The notes under the pieces: model-generated | The model's database searches: none | The model's input: only the letters and a program-made list of their open reading frames with translations | Told to the model about the DNA's origin: nothing | Program-made: the position numbers and the translations under genes | Virus record (IMG/VR): IMGVR_UViG_3300011116_000446 | Coordinates: 1-24,425 of that record | From: a virus | Lineage: Duplodnaviria > Caudoviricetes | Length of the DNA: 24,425 nucleotides | Direction: 5' to 3' (one strand) | In this document: in pieces, positions 1 through 6,802 of the stretch | How positions within the stretch are numbered: the first letter of the stretch is position 1 | Layout of the letters: each line of letters begins with the position of its first letter

Positions 1-2
1 CT

Positions 3-176
3 GGCGTCGAGGGAGAGTTCCACCTGACGTGCTCAATGAGCGCCGCCGTCATCGCAGAGCGCGAGGCCTGCGTGAGAGTGGTGAGGGAATACGCAGAGCG
101 GATGAAGGCTGCCGGTGACGCTCACTCCGCGCACTTCGTTCTCAACGCCGCCGACTATATCGAAAATCTCACATAA
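3..176 (+). CDS. Small phage hypothetical protein, probably 5'-partial (possible internal ATG at 36)
   Basis: Frame is open from the window edge to TAA at 174-176: ...MSAAVIAEREACVRVVREYAERMKAAGDAHSAHFVLNAADYIENLT. The AEREAC motif is common in small phage proteins. Not in the ORF track. Confidence 0.55.
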   Translation, partial: GVEGEFHLTCSMSAAVIAEREACVRVVREYAERMKAAGDAHSAHFVLNAADYIENLT

Positions 177-262
177 GGCTTGTCAGTAATGCCAGACAGT
201 GAAAAATGCAATGAGGGTAATGCCCACGACGATGGAACCGACGCCGGCCCAACACGTGCGAG

Positions 263-511
263 CTAGTTTGCGATGCCGGCTTTGATCATGCGCGCCAATA
301 GCGCCCCGATGTCGTTGGACTTGAGCGATAGTCCCAGGCCCGCCGCCCACAAAGCTCCGGCCGTCGCTACCCTTGAGGCCCATGCTTTGACCGTAGAAAT
401 GTCGGTCTCGATGTGGGTTACTCGGTGGTCTAGTTCTTGGATCTGCTCGGAGTGGGTATTGACCCTCTCCAGGTAGCGCCCCAGCTCGATGAGGTAGTCC
501 GTGGACGGCAT
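263..511 (-). CDS. Holin-like membrane protein (coiled coil plus hydrophobic helix)
   Basis: 82 aa with heptad-like IQELDHRVTHIETDISTVK followed by hydrophobic VATAGALWAAGLGLSL. GGAGCAGGA lies upstream, and the gene is at the distal end of the lysis genes. Confidence 0.5.
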   Translation of the reverse strand: MPSTDYLIELGRYLERVNTHSEQIQELDHRVTHIETDISTVKAWASRVATAGALWAAGLGLSLKSNDIGALLARMIKAGIAN

Positions 512-535
512 CGGTCATGTTTCCTGCTCCACTCA

Positions 536-553
536 GGACGCGCTAGAGGGATG
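536..553 (+). repeat. 18-bp direct repeat, copy 1 (GGACGCGCTAGAGGGATG)
   Basis: Exact match to 791-808. Contains TAG, a Shine-Dalgarno-like GAGGGA and ATG. Confidence 0.95.
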
Positions 554-555
554 AA

Positions 556-801
556 ATGACGCCGGAACAACGCGACCGACTGGACAAGGCCCGCATCAGA
601 TGGAAGGCCGCGCAGAGCTACCTCGAAACGTGCGGCCATGCATCAAATCAAGGCGGCGGGACCATGCTGTTCGACAGTGACGCCGGCGAGGTCTGGCACA
701 ATACGCTGAGATGCAATTCCTGCGGGGCTTCGTGGCAGGAGGTCACGCTATACCGGAACGACGGCGAGGTTGTCGTGCTGGCTACGAATCGGACGCGCTA
801 G
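556..801 (+). CDS. Hypothetical protein, putative zinc ribbon
   Basis: 81 aa with C-x-H ... C-x-x-C (TCGH ... RCNSCG). GAGGG RBS upstream; the stop codon lies inside repeat copy 2. Confidence 0.65.
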   Translation: MTPEQRDRLDKARIRWKAAQSYLETCGHASNQGGGTMLFDSDAGEVWHNTLRCNSCGASWQEVTLYRNDGEVVVLATNRTR

Positions 802-808
802 AGGGATG
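791..808 (+). repeat. 18-bp direct repeat, copy 2 (GGACGCGCTAGAGGGATG)
   Basis: Exact match to 536-553. Confidence 0.95.
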
Positions 809-812
809 TGAG

Positions 813-1022
813 ATGAGTGATCACGACGAACTTATGAGACGTCGAGAGGCGCTTGCGAGCCCGAATTACTATGTCCCGCCGCGCGTTGTGACAGAGCTTG
901 TTTCTGACGCCATTCCGGGCGAGCTTGTGCGTCTCGCATCAACCGGCGAGTTGTGGTGCTTTGCAAATGGGCGTTGGATTTTACTCGCTGGCAAATCCAA
1001 AACTAACCCCCCGCCACCTTGA
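813..1022 (+). CDS. Hypothetical protein (69 aa)
   Basis: Start reassigned to ATG 813 after the GAGGG RBS in repeat copy 2 (MSDHDELMRRREALASPNYYV...). Its 3' end overlaps the o-spanin stop convergently. Confidence 0.6.
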   Translation: MSDHDELMRRREALASPNYYVPPRVVTELVSDAIPGELVRLASTGELWCFANGRWILLAGKSKTNPPPP

Positions 1023-1269
1023 CCGGCGCCTTCTTTGTATCGACCTCGCAAGGTGCCTTATAGACCACCTCGCGCTGCGTCGTGACCGTGTCGACGTAGG
1101 AGTTCTGCGCCGCGATTTCCTTCTGCTGCCAGCACGGGGCCGCCGGCGAGTTGTGCACCCTCGGCAGGGTGTCCAATATTTTAGTTGTCACGGGTGTAGG
1201 GATCCCGGACCCCGCGCAAGCCGGGAGCAGCAGACTGAGCAGCAGCGCGCTTGCCTGATTGAGCCGCAT
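1003..1269 (-). CDS. Rz1: o-spanin (Rz1-like outer membrane lipoprotein)
   Basis: Start reassigned to ATG 1269. Signal peptide MRLNQASALLLSLLLPA-C with lipobox, Pro-rich mature part with two further Cys, and partial overlap with the i-spanin in another frame. Confidence 0.8.
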   Translation of the reverse strand: MRLNQASALLLSLLLPACAGSGIPTPVTTKILDTLPRVHNSPAAPCWQQKEIAAQNSYVDTVTTQREVVYKAPCEVDTKKAPVKVAGG

Positions 1270-1429
1270 TGTCCGTCGCCTTCTCGATCTTGGCCGTGGC
1301 CTTTGCGGCGCCCTTGGCCTGTTGCGTCGACACGTCCCATGCACGCAACCCCACCAACGCCACGACAACACCGGCCCCGAGCGCAACGCGGCCCCAGAGC
1401 GTTCCCAGCCATGCTACGATCTGGATCAT
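1181..1429 (-). CDS. Rz: i-spanin (Rz-like)
   Basis: ATG 1429 overlaps the upstream stop (ATGA). N-terminal TM (VALGAGVVVALVGL) is followed by an Ala/Lys-rich helical region. Overlaps the lipoprotein gene. Confidence 0.75.
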   Translation of the reverse strand: MIQIVAWLGTLWGRVALGAGVVVALVGLRAWDVSTQQAKGAAKATAKIEKATDNAAQSGKRAAAQSAAPGLRGVRDPYTRDN

Positions 1430-1620
1430 TTTAGAAGCTCCACCCAATGAGGCTCTTTGCCGTGGGCGTGTTGCGCCCTGAGAAAATTCAATGCCTCAAC
1501 GACAGCCATCAGCGTGACTGGCGTTGGATACTTATACTTGCGTTGCGCTCGACGGATCGCTACGGCCATTGCTGCGGCTTCACCGGATAGCGCGGCGACG
1601 CCTGGCGGCATTTTGATCAT
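1426..1620 (-). CDS. Hypothetical protein in the lysis cassette (64 aa)
   Basis: ATGA overlaps with both the endolysin (1617-1620) and the i-spanin (1426-1429). Confidence 0.65.
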   Translation of the reverse strand: MIKMPPGVAALSGEAAAMAVAIRRAQRKYKYPTPVTLMAVVEALNFLRAQHAHGKEPHWVELLK

Positions 1621-2219
1621 CCTGCACCTTCCTCCGTCGCGGCAAAGCGCGGCACGATCCAGCCGAGCACGACGGCAATCCCGATCGCCACGCAGGCCTT
1701 GATCGGATTAGAGATCAGCCATCCGCCAAAGCCGGATACCTGCTCGCCGACACTCTGCCAGCTTTGCACGTTGGTCGTGTTGGTCGTGACCGCGGCAGGA
1801 ACCGCCGGGATGGAGAACCCTGCGGCGGCGGCTTTGATCTTGGACCCCATGTCGCTTTCGGGGTAGGCGTGCCGCTCAAGCTCGAAATGCGGGGTGTCCT
1901 GGAAACTGGTCCAGTCGCCGCCCCAGACGAGTTTGATACCGAGTTCGGTCGCCGCGGATTTCATCGCCTCGGCGATCCGCTTCATTTCCGGTTCGGCGTA
2001 ACTGCCCTTCAGGTCCACGAGATCGACGGCGTGGCCGGTGATATGCCGGGATTTGAGCGTTTGGCTTTTCTTCTGCGCCACGAGCTGCTTCTGGCGGGCA
2101 AGCGTGCGCAGGCCTTCCGTGACCCGAAACTCGGTCAAATCCCGAGCCCGGTGCACCACGGCCACGAGGTCGGGATGCACGCCGTTGAGCAGCTTTTCGC
2201 TGTTGTCGTCGAGGGTCAT
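1617..2219 (-). CDS. Endolysin, peptidase M15 family (L-Ala-D-Glu peptidase-like), with C-terminal hydrophobic segment
   Basis: Motifs LNGVHPDL, VTEGLRT..RQ, SRHITGHAVD and WGGDW...DTPHFE are typical of M15 zinc peptidases. Confidence 0.92.
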   Translation of the reverse strand: MTLDDNSEKLLNGVHPDLVAVVHRARDLTEFRVTEGLRTLARQKQLVAQKKSQTLKSRHITGHAVDLVDLKGSYAEPEMKRIAEAMKSAATELGIKLVWGGDWTSFQDTPHFELERHAYPESDMGSKIKAAAAGFSIPAVPAAVTTNTTNVQSWQSVGEQVSGFGGWLISNPIKACVAIGIAVVLGWIVPRFAATEEGAG

Positions 2220-2749
2220 GGCCAGACCACCTGCGCGGCCGCCTGCGCTGCCTCGACGGTGGAGGCTTCCCGGATCGCTTTGCAGGCTGCCAGCTCAAGG
2301 CGCTCCACGACGCCATCCAGTTGCGCCGTGGGCAGGATGCGGGAACGGATCAGGTCGGCAACGGCCTTGAGGTCGTTCACCTCGTTGCCGGTGTCGGAAA
2401 CCTCGATGCCGATGGAGGCAGCAAGTAAGGGGTAAGCGCTTTTCGTCGGCGCCGGGTCGGCCATGGCCTGCAAGGCTTCTGCCGCCTTGCGGTCGTAGAT
2501 GCGGTCTTTGTCGACGGTCGTGTATTTGGCGCGGGCGTCTCGTGCGGCGGCCTTCACGGACGACTTGAGCGAGGCTTTCAGCTCGTCGATGTCGATCACC
2601 GGGACCGGATCGGGCTCGACGGTGATTCCGCGCGCCGCGATTTCCTCCGGGCTCGACAGGGCAAGGAAGTTGCCGGGGAATGCGAACCCGTCCAGTTCAA
2701 ACGGTACGCCATGAAACAGTTCACGCCGGTTGGCGTCGAAGTAGCGCAT
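2216..2749 (-). CDS. Putative tail fibre assembly/accessory protein
   Basis: Follows the fibre genes. N-terminal FPGNFLALSSPEEIAARGIT and a helical C-terminus ending in WP resemble fibre chaperone-like proteins. GAGG RBS. Confidence 0.6.
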   Translation of the reverse strand: MRYFDANRRELFHGVPFELDGFAFPGNFLALSSPEEIAARGITVEPDPVPVIDIDELKASLKSSVKAAARDARAKYTTVDKDRIYDRKAAEALQAMADPAPTKSAYPLLAASIGIEVSDTGNEVNDLKAVADLIRSRILPTAQLDGVVERLELAACKAIREASTVEAAQAAAQVVWP

Positions 2750-2758
2750 GGGAGCCTC

Positions 2759-3442
2759 TTAGAAGGATGCGGCGGCAACACCGCCGTTCGCATTCGTGCC
2801 GCCGGTCACAGTCACGGTGATGCTGGTGCCGTTGGTCGATCCGGTATGCATGCCCATCATGGTTGGGGAACCACCGAACACCGCATCGACGTCCTCGGTG
2901 ACAGTCGGAGAGCCGCCGCCGGTCACGCTTTCCGTGTAGGTTGGTGAGCCGTTATCGCACGATGCCGCAATGACGAACCCGCCGTTGCTAGTCGCAAACG
3001 ATCCGGTCGTGTGCGGACTGGTGGCTGTGTTCTCCGTTCCGGTTCCGACTGCAGTTCCGGATGAAAGACCTGTGGCGCTCCATATAATGATGCCAACACG
3101 GTTGGGAGCAGCAGCGCAGGTCACGACGACGTCAGCCGTTGTTCCCGTCGTGACAAGAACAGTCCAGATATCGACAATACCGCCGCCGCGCGTACTGCGG
3201 ACCTGACGCGTTGCGCTGTTGCCACCCACCGTCACAGTGCTCGGGGTCGCTGCCGCGTTGTTGAGGACGCAGACAGCTACGATGACGTAGCGGTCGGACG
3301 CGGCGGTTCCGATCGCCTTCGCAGTGAATGTCGTCGTTGATGTTCCGGCCGAAGATGAATCCGAAGTTTGAAACGTCACCACCTTCGGGCCGCCGCTCGC
3401 CGCTGGCTTGCCCGTGATTGTCGTAGGAAAGAATATCGGCAT
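2759..3442 (-). CDS. Thr/Gly/Ser-rich beta-strand tail-associated protein (possible receptor-binding subunit)
   Basis: Start reassigned to ATG 3442 (TAATG overlap with the fibre stop), giving 227 aa, MPIFFPTTITGK... Confidence 0.75.
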   Translation of the reverse strand: MPIFFPTTITGKPAASGGPKVVTFQTSDSSSAGTSTTTFTAKAIGTAASDRYVIVAVCVLNNAAATPSTVTVGGNSATRQVRSTRGGGIVDIWTVLVTTGTTADVVVTCAAAPNRVGIIIWSATGLSSGTAVGTGTENTATSPHTTGSFATSNGGFVIAASCDNGSPTYTESVTGGGSPTVTEDVDAVFGGSPTMMGMHTGSTNGTSITVTVTGGTNANGGVAAASF

Positions 3443-6400
3443 TATGCGAACCCGAGCGCAGCGCCGAGATAGCGCAGTTTCAAAGTGCCGCCGATGGTGA
3501 TGGCCTCGAAGCACAGCACATCGGCTTTGCTCGCCGTCGTGGTCAGCGTGGGAGCTCCAGCCGTGCCGAAGTCGAAGCTGCCCGCGCCCGATGTGGTCCA
3601 CGTGATGGTACGGCTACCGGTGGCGTCTTGGAACACCTCAAGCGTGTAGGTGTAGCCGTCCACGGCGTTCGTCACGGCGCCCATGGTGCGGTTGCCGCCA
3701 AGCGTGACCTTTGCCTTCTGTCCAGTACTGACGTCCCAAGAGATCGTTGCGCCATCGGTCAGGGTGGCGACGCTGACGCCTTGATGCTTCGTCCAGGTCT
3801 GCGCCGTGCTCAGCGTGGCAACGCTTGCGCCCTCAACGGCCAGGACGCCGGCAGATGCGCGCGAAAGCGTTGTGTCCGTGGCGTGACCGAGTTCAATCGA
3901 ACCGACACCGAGCGCCGTCGACGTCGAGGCCGTAATGCCGGAAACAGGGAGGCCCGTGGCATTGGTCAGCGTCAGCGACGACGGCGTACCGCCCGCACCG
4001 TTGAAGGTGACGAATGCGCCGGCCGATCCAACGTTGACGGCAAGAGCTGTGGCAACGCCCGTGCCAAGGCCGCTGATGCCGGTCGCGACAGGCAGGCCCG
4101 TGGTGTTTGTCAGCGTGCCGCTGGACGGCGTCCCGAGTGCCCCACCGGGGGCCACGTAATCCGTGCCGGCGACCAGAGGCTTCATGCTAATCTGGTAGTT
4201 CGTGCCGTCCGAGACGATGCGACAGCCGCGATTGGTCGGAATGACCAAAGAGGAAGCGCCGTTGATGGTGCTCGTCGTTGGCGTGATAGTCAGCGTACCT
4301 GCGCCAAGATTCACGACATCGACAAACCAGCCCGTCGTGAAGGCCGTCGTGGTCGCCGCTTGCGGCAGTGTTGCGGCAATTGCTGACGCATTCGAGAACG
4401 TGACAAGCTTGGCGCGGTCGCCGTTGACAAACGTGTACGTTGTGCCGACCTGCGCATTGACCAGCTCCGCGGCGCTAATCGTGCCTGAAGTCGTAATGGC
4501 GGAGCCGGGTGCCGCTGCGGTCGTGTCGGATGTCGTACCGGCGCCGGGCGAAAGCGACGTGAACGATCCCGCGCCATCGACGCCCTTGTCTCCCGCTGGC
4601 GTGAACAGGAGCCCGACATTGACCGCGGAGAACGACGTTACGCCCGATTTGTAAGCAACCGGGATCGTATCGTAAGTGCCATTATCGGTAATTGTGCCGT
4701 TGATCGACAGGAAGACGCGATTAGCTGGCGTCGTCAGGTCGATGATTTCAAGCACGCCTTTGGTGCTGGTGTTGGTGCTGTCGTCCCACGACTGGATGAA
4801 GGTCGCCAGACCGTTACCGAGGCGATCCGTCTCCGACATGTAGAGGTTGAACGAGCCTGAGAACGTGCCGGTGCTGGCGCGCACCTTGCCCGAGCCCGGA
4901 TCGGCCGCCGTTGTCGCCGTGTCCCAAGTGTAATCGATGGCAACCGGACCAGCGGCACCCGTTGCACCTGTCGCGCCGTTGGTGCCGTTGGTGCCGTTCG
5001 TTCCGTTTGTGCCAGCCGCGCCCGTCGCGCCCACATCACCCGCAAGCCCGATGTTCCAAGCCGTATAGGTGCCTGAGCCGACAGAGCGATCCGCCGAAAT
5101 CACGAGCGACGTGCCGGAATAGCTGGAAACAGGCCCTTCGATATAGTTGCTGCTGTCCTTGGCGACACGGACACGCATACCGGCAAGGTAGGCAAGGCCG
5201 CTCTGCGTCGTGAACGTCTTGGAGCCAGTGCCGATCGCGACCGAGCTGGTGGACGTGGCCAAATATCCAGGGCCCGTGTTGCCCTGTGGGCCGGTGGCAC
5301 CGATGGGCCCCTGCTGCATCGCAAGGCTGGTGATTACAAACCGGCCGTAGACTTCGGCACCGTCGCTGAAGGCCGAGGCACGGCCCATGGCGGCCGTAAC
5401 GGCGCTTCCCGATGCGGCCCAATACTGGATAATGTATTCGTCAGTTGCCGAAGTGACTTGGAACGTCCCTTCAAGCGGCGTGATGCCGCGCAGGTTCGAT
5501 CCCGAATTCCAGACGAAGACAGGGCCGGCAAACACGTCCGTACTCGTTGTCGAGTTGCGGAAGATCAGATGCACAGAATCCGTGGAATCGAAGACGGCGC
5601 CGCCCTGTAGGTGATACCAGCCGACAGGAAGCTTGATCTTGTTCGTGGTAAGAGTTGCGCCGTTGATCGCGTTGGCATCCGACGAATTAATATAAGTCAT
5701 CGTCGCGGACGCATTGGTCGTACCAGTCGGGTAGGTGGTGCGAGCTCCCGTTATCGTTGCACCGCCGTCCGTGCCGTTCGCCTGCGAATACTCCAGGACC
5801 ATCTTGCCTTGGTAGACCTGCGCCGGCGCCGTGATGTTCGACAGCGCCACCCACGCGCTGGACTGATACTGATAGTTCAGGTCTTCGTTCTGGACGTAGG
5901 CGATCCAGCCGCAGTCTGCGGTCGGCGTGCGCCGTATCCAACCGCCCTGCCCATCCGCCTCGAGCAGATCATTCGCTGCATAGCCAGCCGATGACCACGT
6001 CCCCGTTGGGGTGCCGGAGACCATGTAGATGGCGCCGGGCGTTGGGCCGCTCGGTTCCGCGGTCAGGCGAGAAACGACAGGGATAACCCCGCCTCGCCCG
6101 AACGGACGCGTGGCAAAGTCTGCCGTCCAGTTCGCGCCGTCAGATACAAGCCAGGCAACCTGCCCCGGATCGGCAAGAGAAAAGCCGACCGTCGACTGAC
6201 CTCCGGAAAGGTAGATCGTTTGCCCGCTGACGGTGGCAATCTTGACCTGGTTGGCCGTTCCGGAATGACGAAAGCCGATCCGCTTCTTGTTGGTCGCCGT
6301 GACGGCAGACGGCAGGGTCAGCGTGAACGAGCCACCCGTCGGGTTGGCCTGGATCAGCTTTCCATAGTAGGTGCTGTCGAGCGTCGTATCCGTCGCAAGT

Positions 6401-6762
6401 GTGGTGACGGAAGTTTCCCAGGCACCGGAGCCAGAGCCGCCAAGAGATGACGACGAGATTGCTCCCGGTATGTTGTCATGAGACGGAACGATCGGAGTAC
6501 CGTCCGACTCCGTAATAACAATTTTATAACTTGATGTGCCGACATAGATTAGGGTCTTAGTCGAGCCGTCCGTGGTGGGATAACCGGCGCCGTCGCAGGT
6601 CACAGTCGAGCCCAGCGACACCGTCAGCGCGGCGTCGGCGAACACCTCATATGGCGTCGATGTCCCGGCGAGATAGAATTTGAGCTTGGCGCCTGAGATC
6701 GGATTGCCGTTGTCGTCCAGCACACGCGCGCCGGGCTCCAAGACTTGGACAGAGTCTAGCAT
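3442..6762 (-). CDS. Tail fibre protein, mosaic, with DUF2793-like segment and collagen-like repeats
   Basis: 1106 aa, Gly/Thr/Ser-rich. N-terminal virion-attachment-like region (LDDNGNPISGAKLKFYLAGTSTP), DUF2793-like segment near 5850-6085, GXY runs, and a C-terminal TLTDGATISWD...QDATGSRTITW domain. AAGGA RBS. Confidence 0.9.
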   Translation of the reverse strand: MLDSVQVLEPGARVLDDNGNPISGAKLKFYLAGTSTPYEVFADAALTVSLGSTVTCDGAGYPTTDGSTKTLIYVGTSSYKIVITESDGTPIVPSHDNIPGAISSSSLGGSGSGAWETSVTTLATDTTLDSTYYGKLIQANPTGGSFTLTLPSAVTATNKKRIGFRHSGTANQVKIATVSGQTIYLSGGQSTVGFSLADPGQVAWLVSDGANWTADFATRPFGRGGVIPVVSRLTAEPSGPTPGAIYMVSGTPTGTWSSAGYAANDLLEADGQGGWIRRTPTADCGWIAYVQNEDLNYQYQSSAWVALSNITAPAQVYQGKMVLEYSQANGTDGGATITGARTTYPTGTTNASATMTYINSSDANAINGATLTTNKIKLPVGWYHLQGGAVFDSTDSVHLIFRNSTTSTDVFAGPVFVWNSGSNLRGITPLEGTFQVTSATDEYIIQYWAASGSAVTAAMGRASAFSDGAEVYGRFVITSLAMQQGPIGATGPQGNTGPGYLATSTSSVAIGTGSKTFTTQSGLAYLAGMRVRVAKDSSNYIEGPVSSYSGTSLVISADRSVGSGTYTAWNIGLAGDVGATGAAGTNGTNGTNGTNGATGATGAAGPVAIDYTWDTATTAADPGSGKVRASTGTFSGSFNLYMSETDRLGNGLATFIQSWDDSTNTSTKGVLEIIDLTTPANRVFLSINGTITDNGTYDTIPVAYKSGVTSFSAVNVGLLFTPAGDKGVDGAGSFTSLSPGAGTTSDTTAAAPGSAITTSGTISAAELVNAQVGTTYTFVNGDRAKLVTFSNASAIAATLPQAATTTAFTTGWFVDVVNLGAGTLTITPTTSTINGASSLVIPTNRGCRIVSDGTNYQISMKPLVAGTDYVAPGGALGTPSSGTLTNTTGLPVATGISGLGTGVATALAVNVGSAGAFVTFNGAGGTPSSLTLTNATGLPVSGITASTSTALGVGSIELGHATDTTLSRASAGVLAVEGASVATLSTAQTWTKHQGVSVATLTDGATISWDVSTGQKAKVTLGGNRTMGAVTNAVDGYTYTLEVFQDATGSRTITWTTSGAGSFDFGTAGAPTLTTTASKADVLCFEAITIGGTLKLRYLGAALGFA
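4945..5040 (-). repeat. Collagen-like (Gly-X-Y)n repeat with imperfect 9-bp DNA tandem units
   Basis: GDVGATGAAGTNGTNGTNGTNGATGATGAAGP; GTTGGTGCC-like units near 4975-5012. Confidence 0.9.
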
Positions 6763-6802
6763 TGCTATCCTTTATCGGGATCGCACGCGGTACGGGGGTT
6801 GA

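Noticed and set aside
536-808. 18-bp repeats as a CRISPR array or integron attC sites
   Set aside because: Only two copies, 255 bp apart, not palindromic, lacking attC core sites, and with no cas or integrase gene in the window.
3443-3601. N-terminal extension of the 280-aa ORF
   Set aside because: Overlaps the fibre C-terminus out of frame; the TAATG-coupled ATG at 3442 is the better start.
2216-6762. Diversity-generating retroelement or invertible tail fibre switch
   Set aside because: No reverse transcriptase, invertase, template/variable repeat pair or flanking inverted repeats seen.
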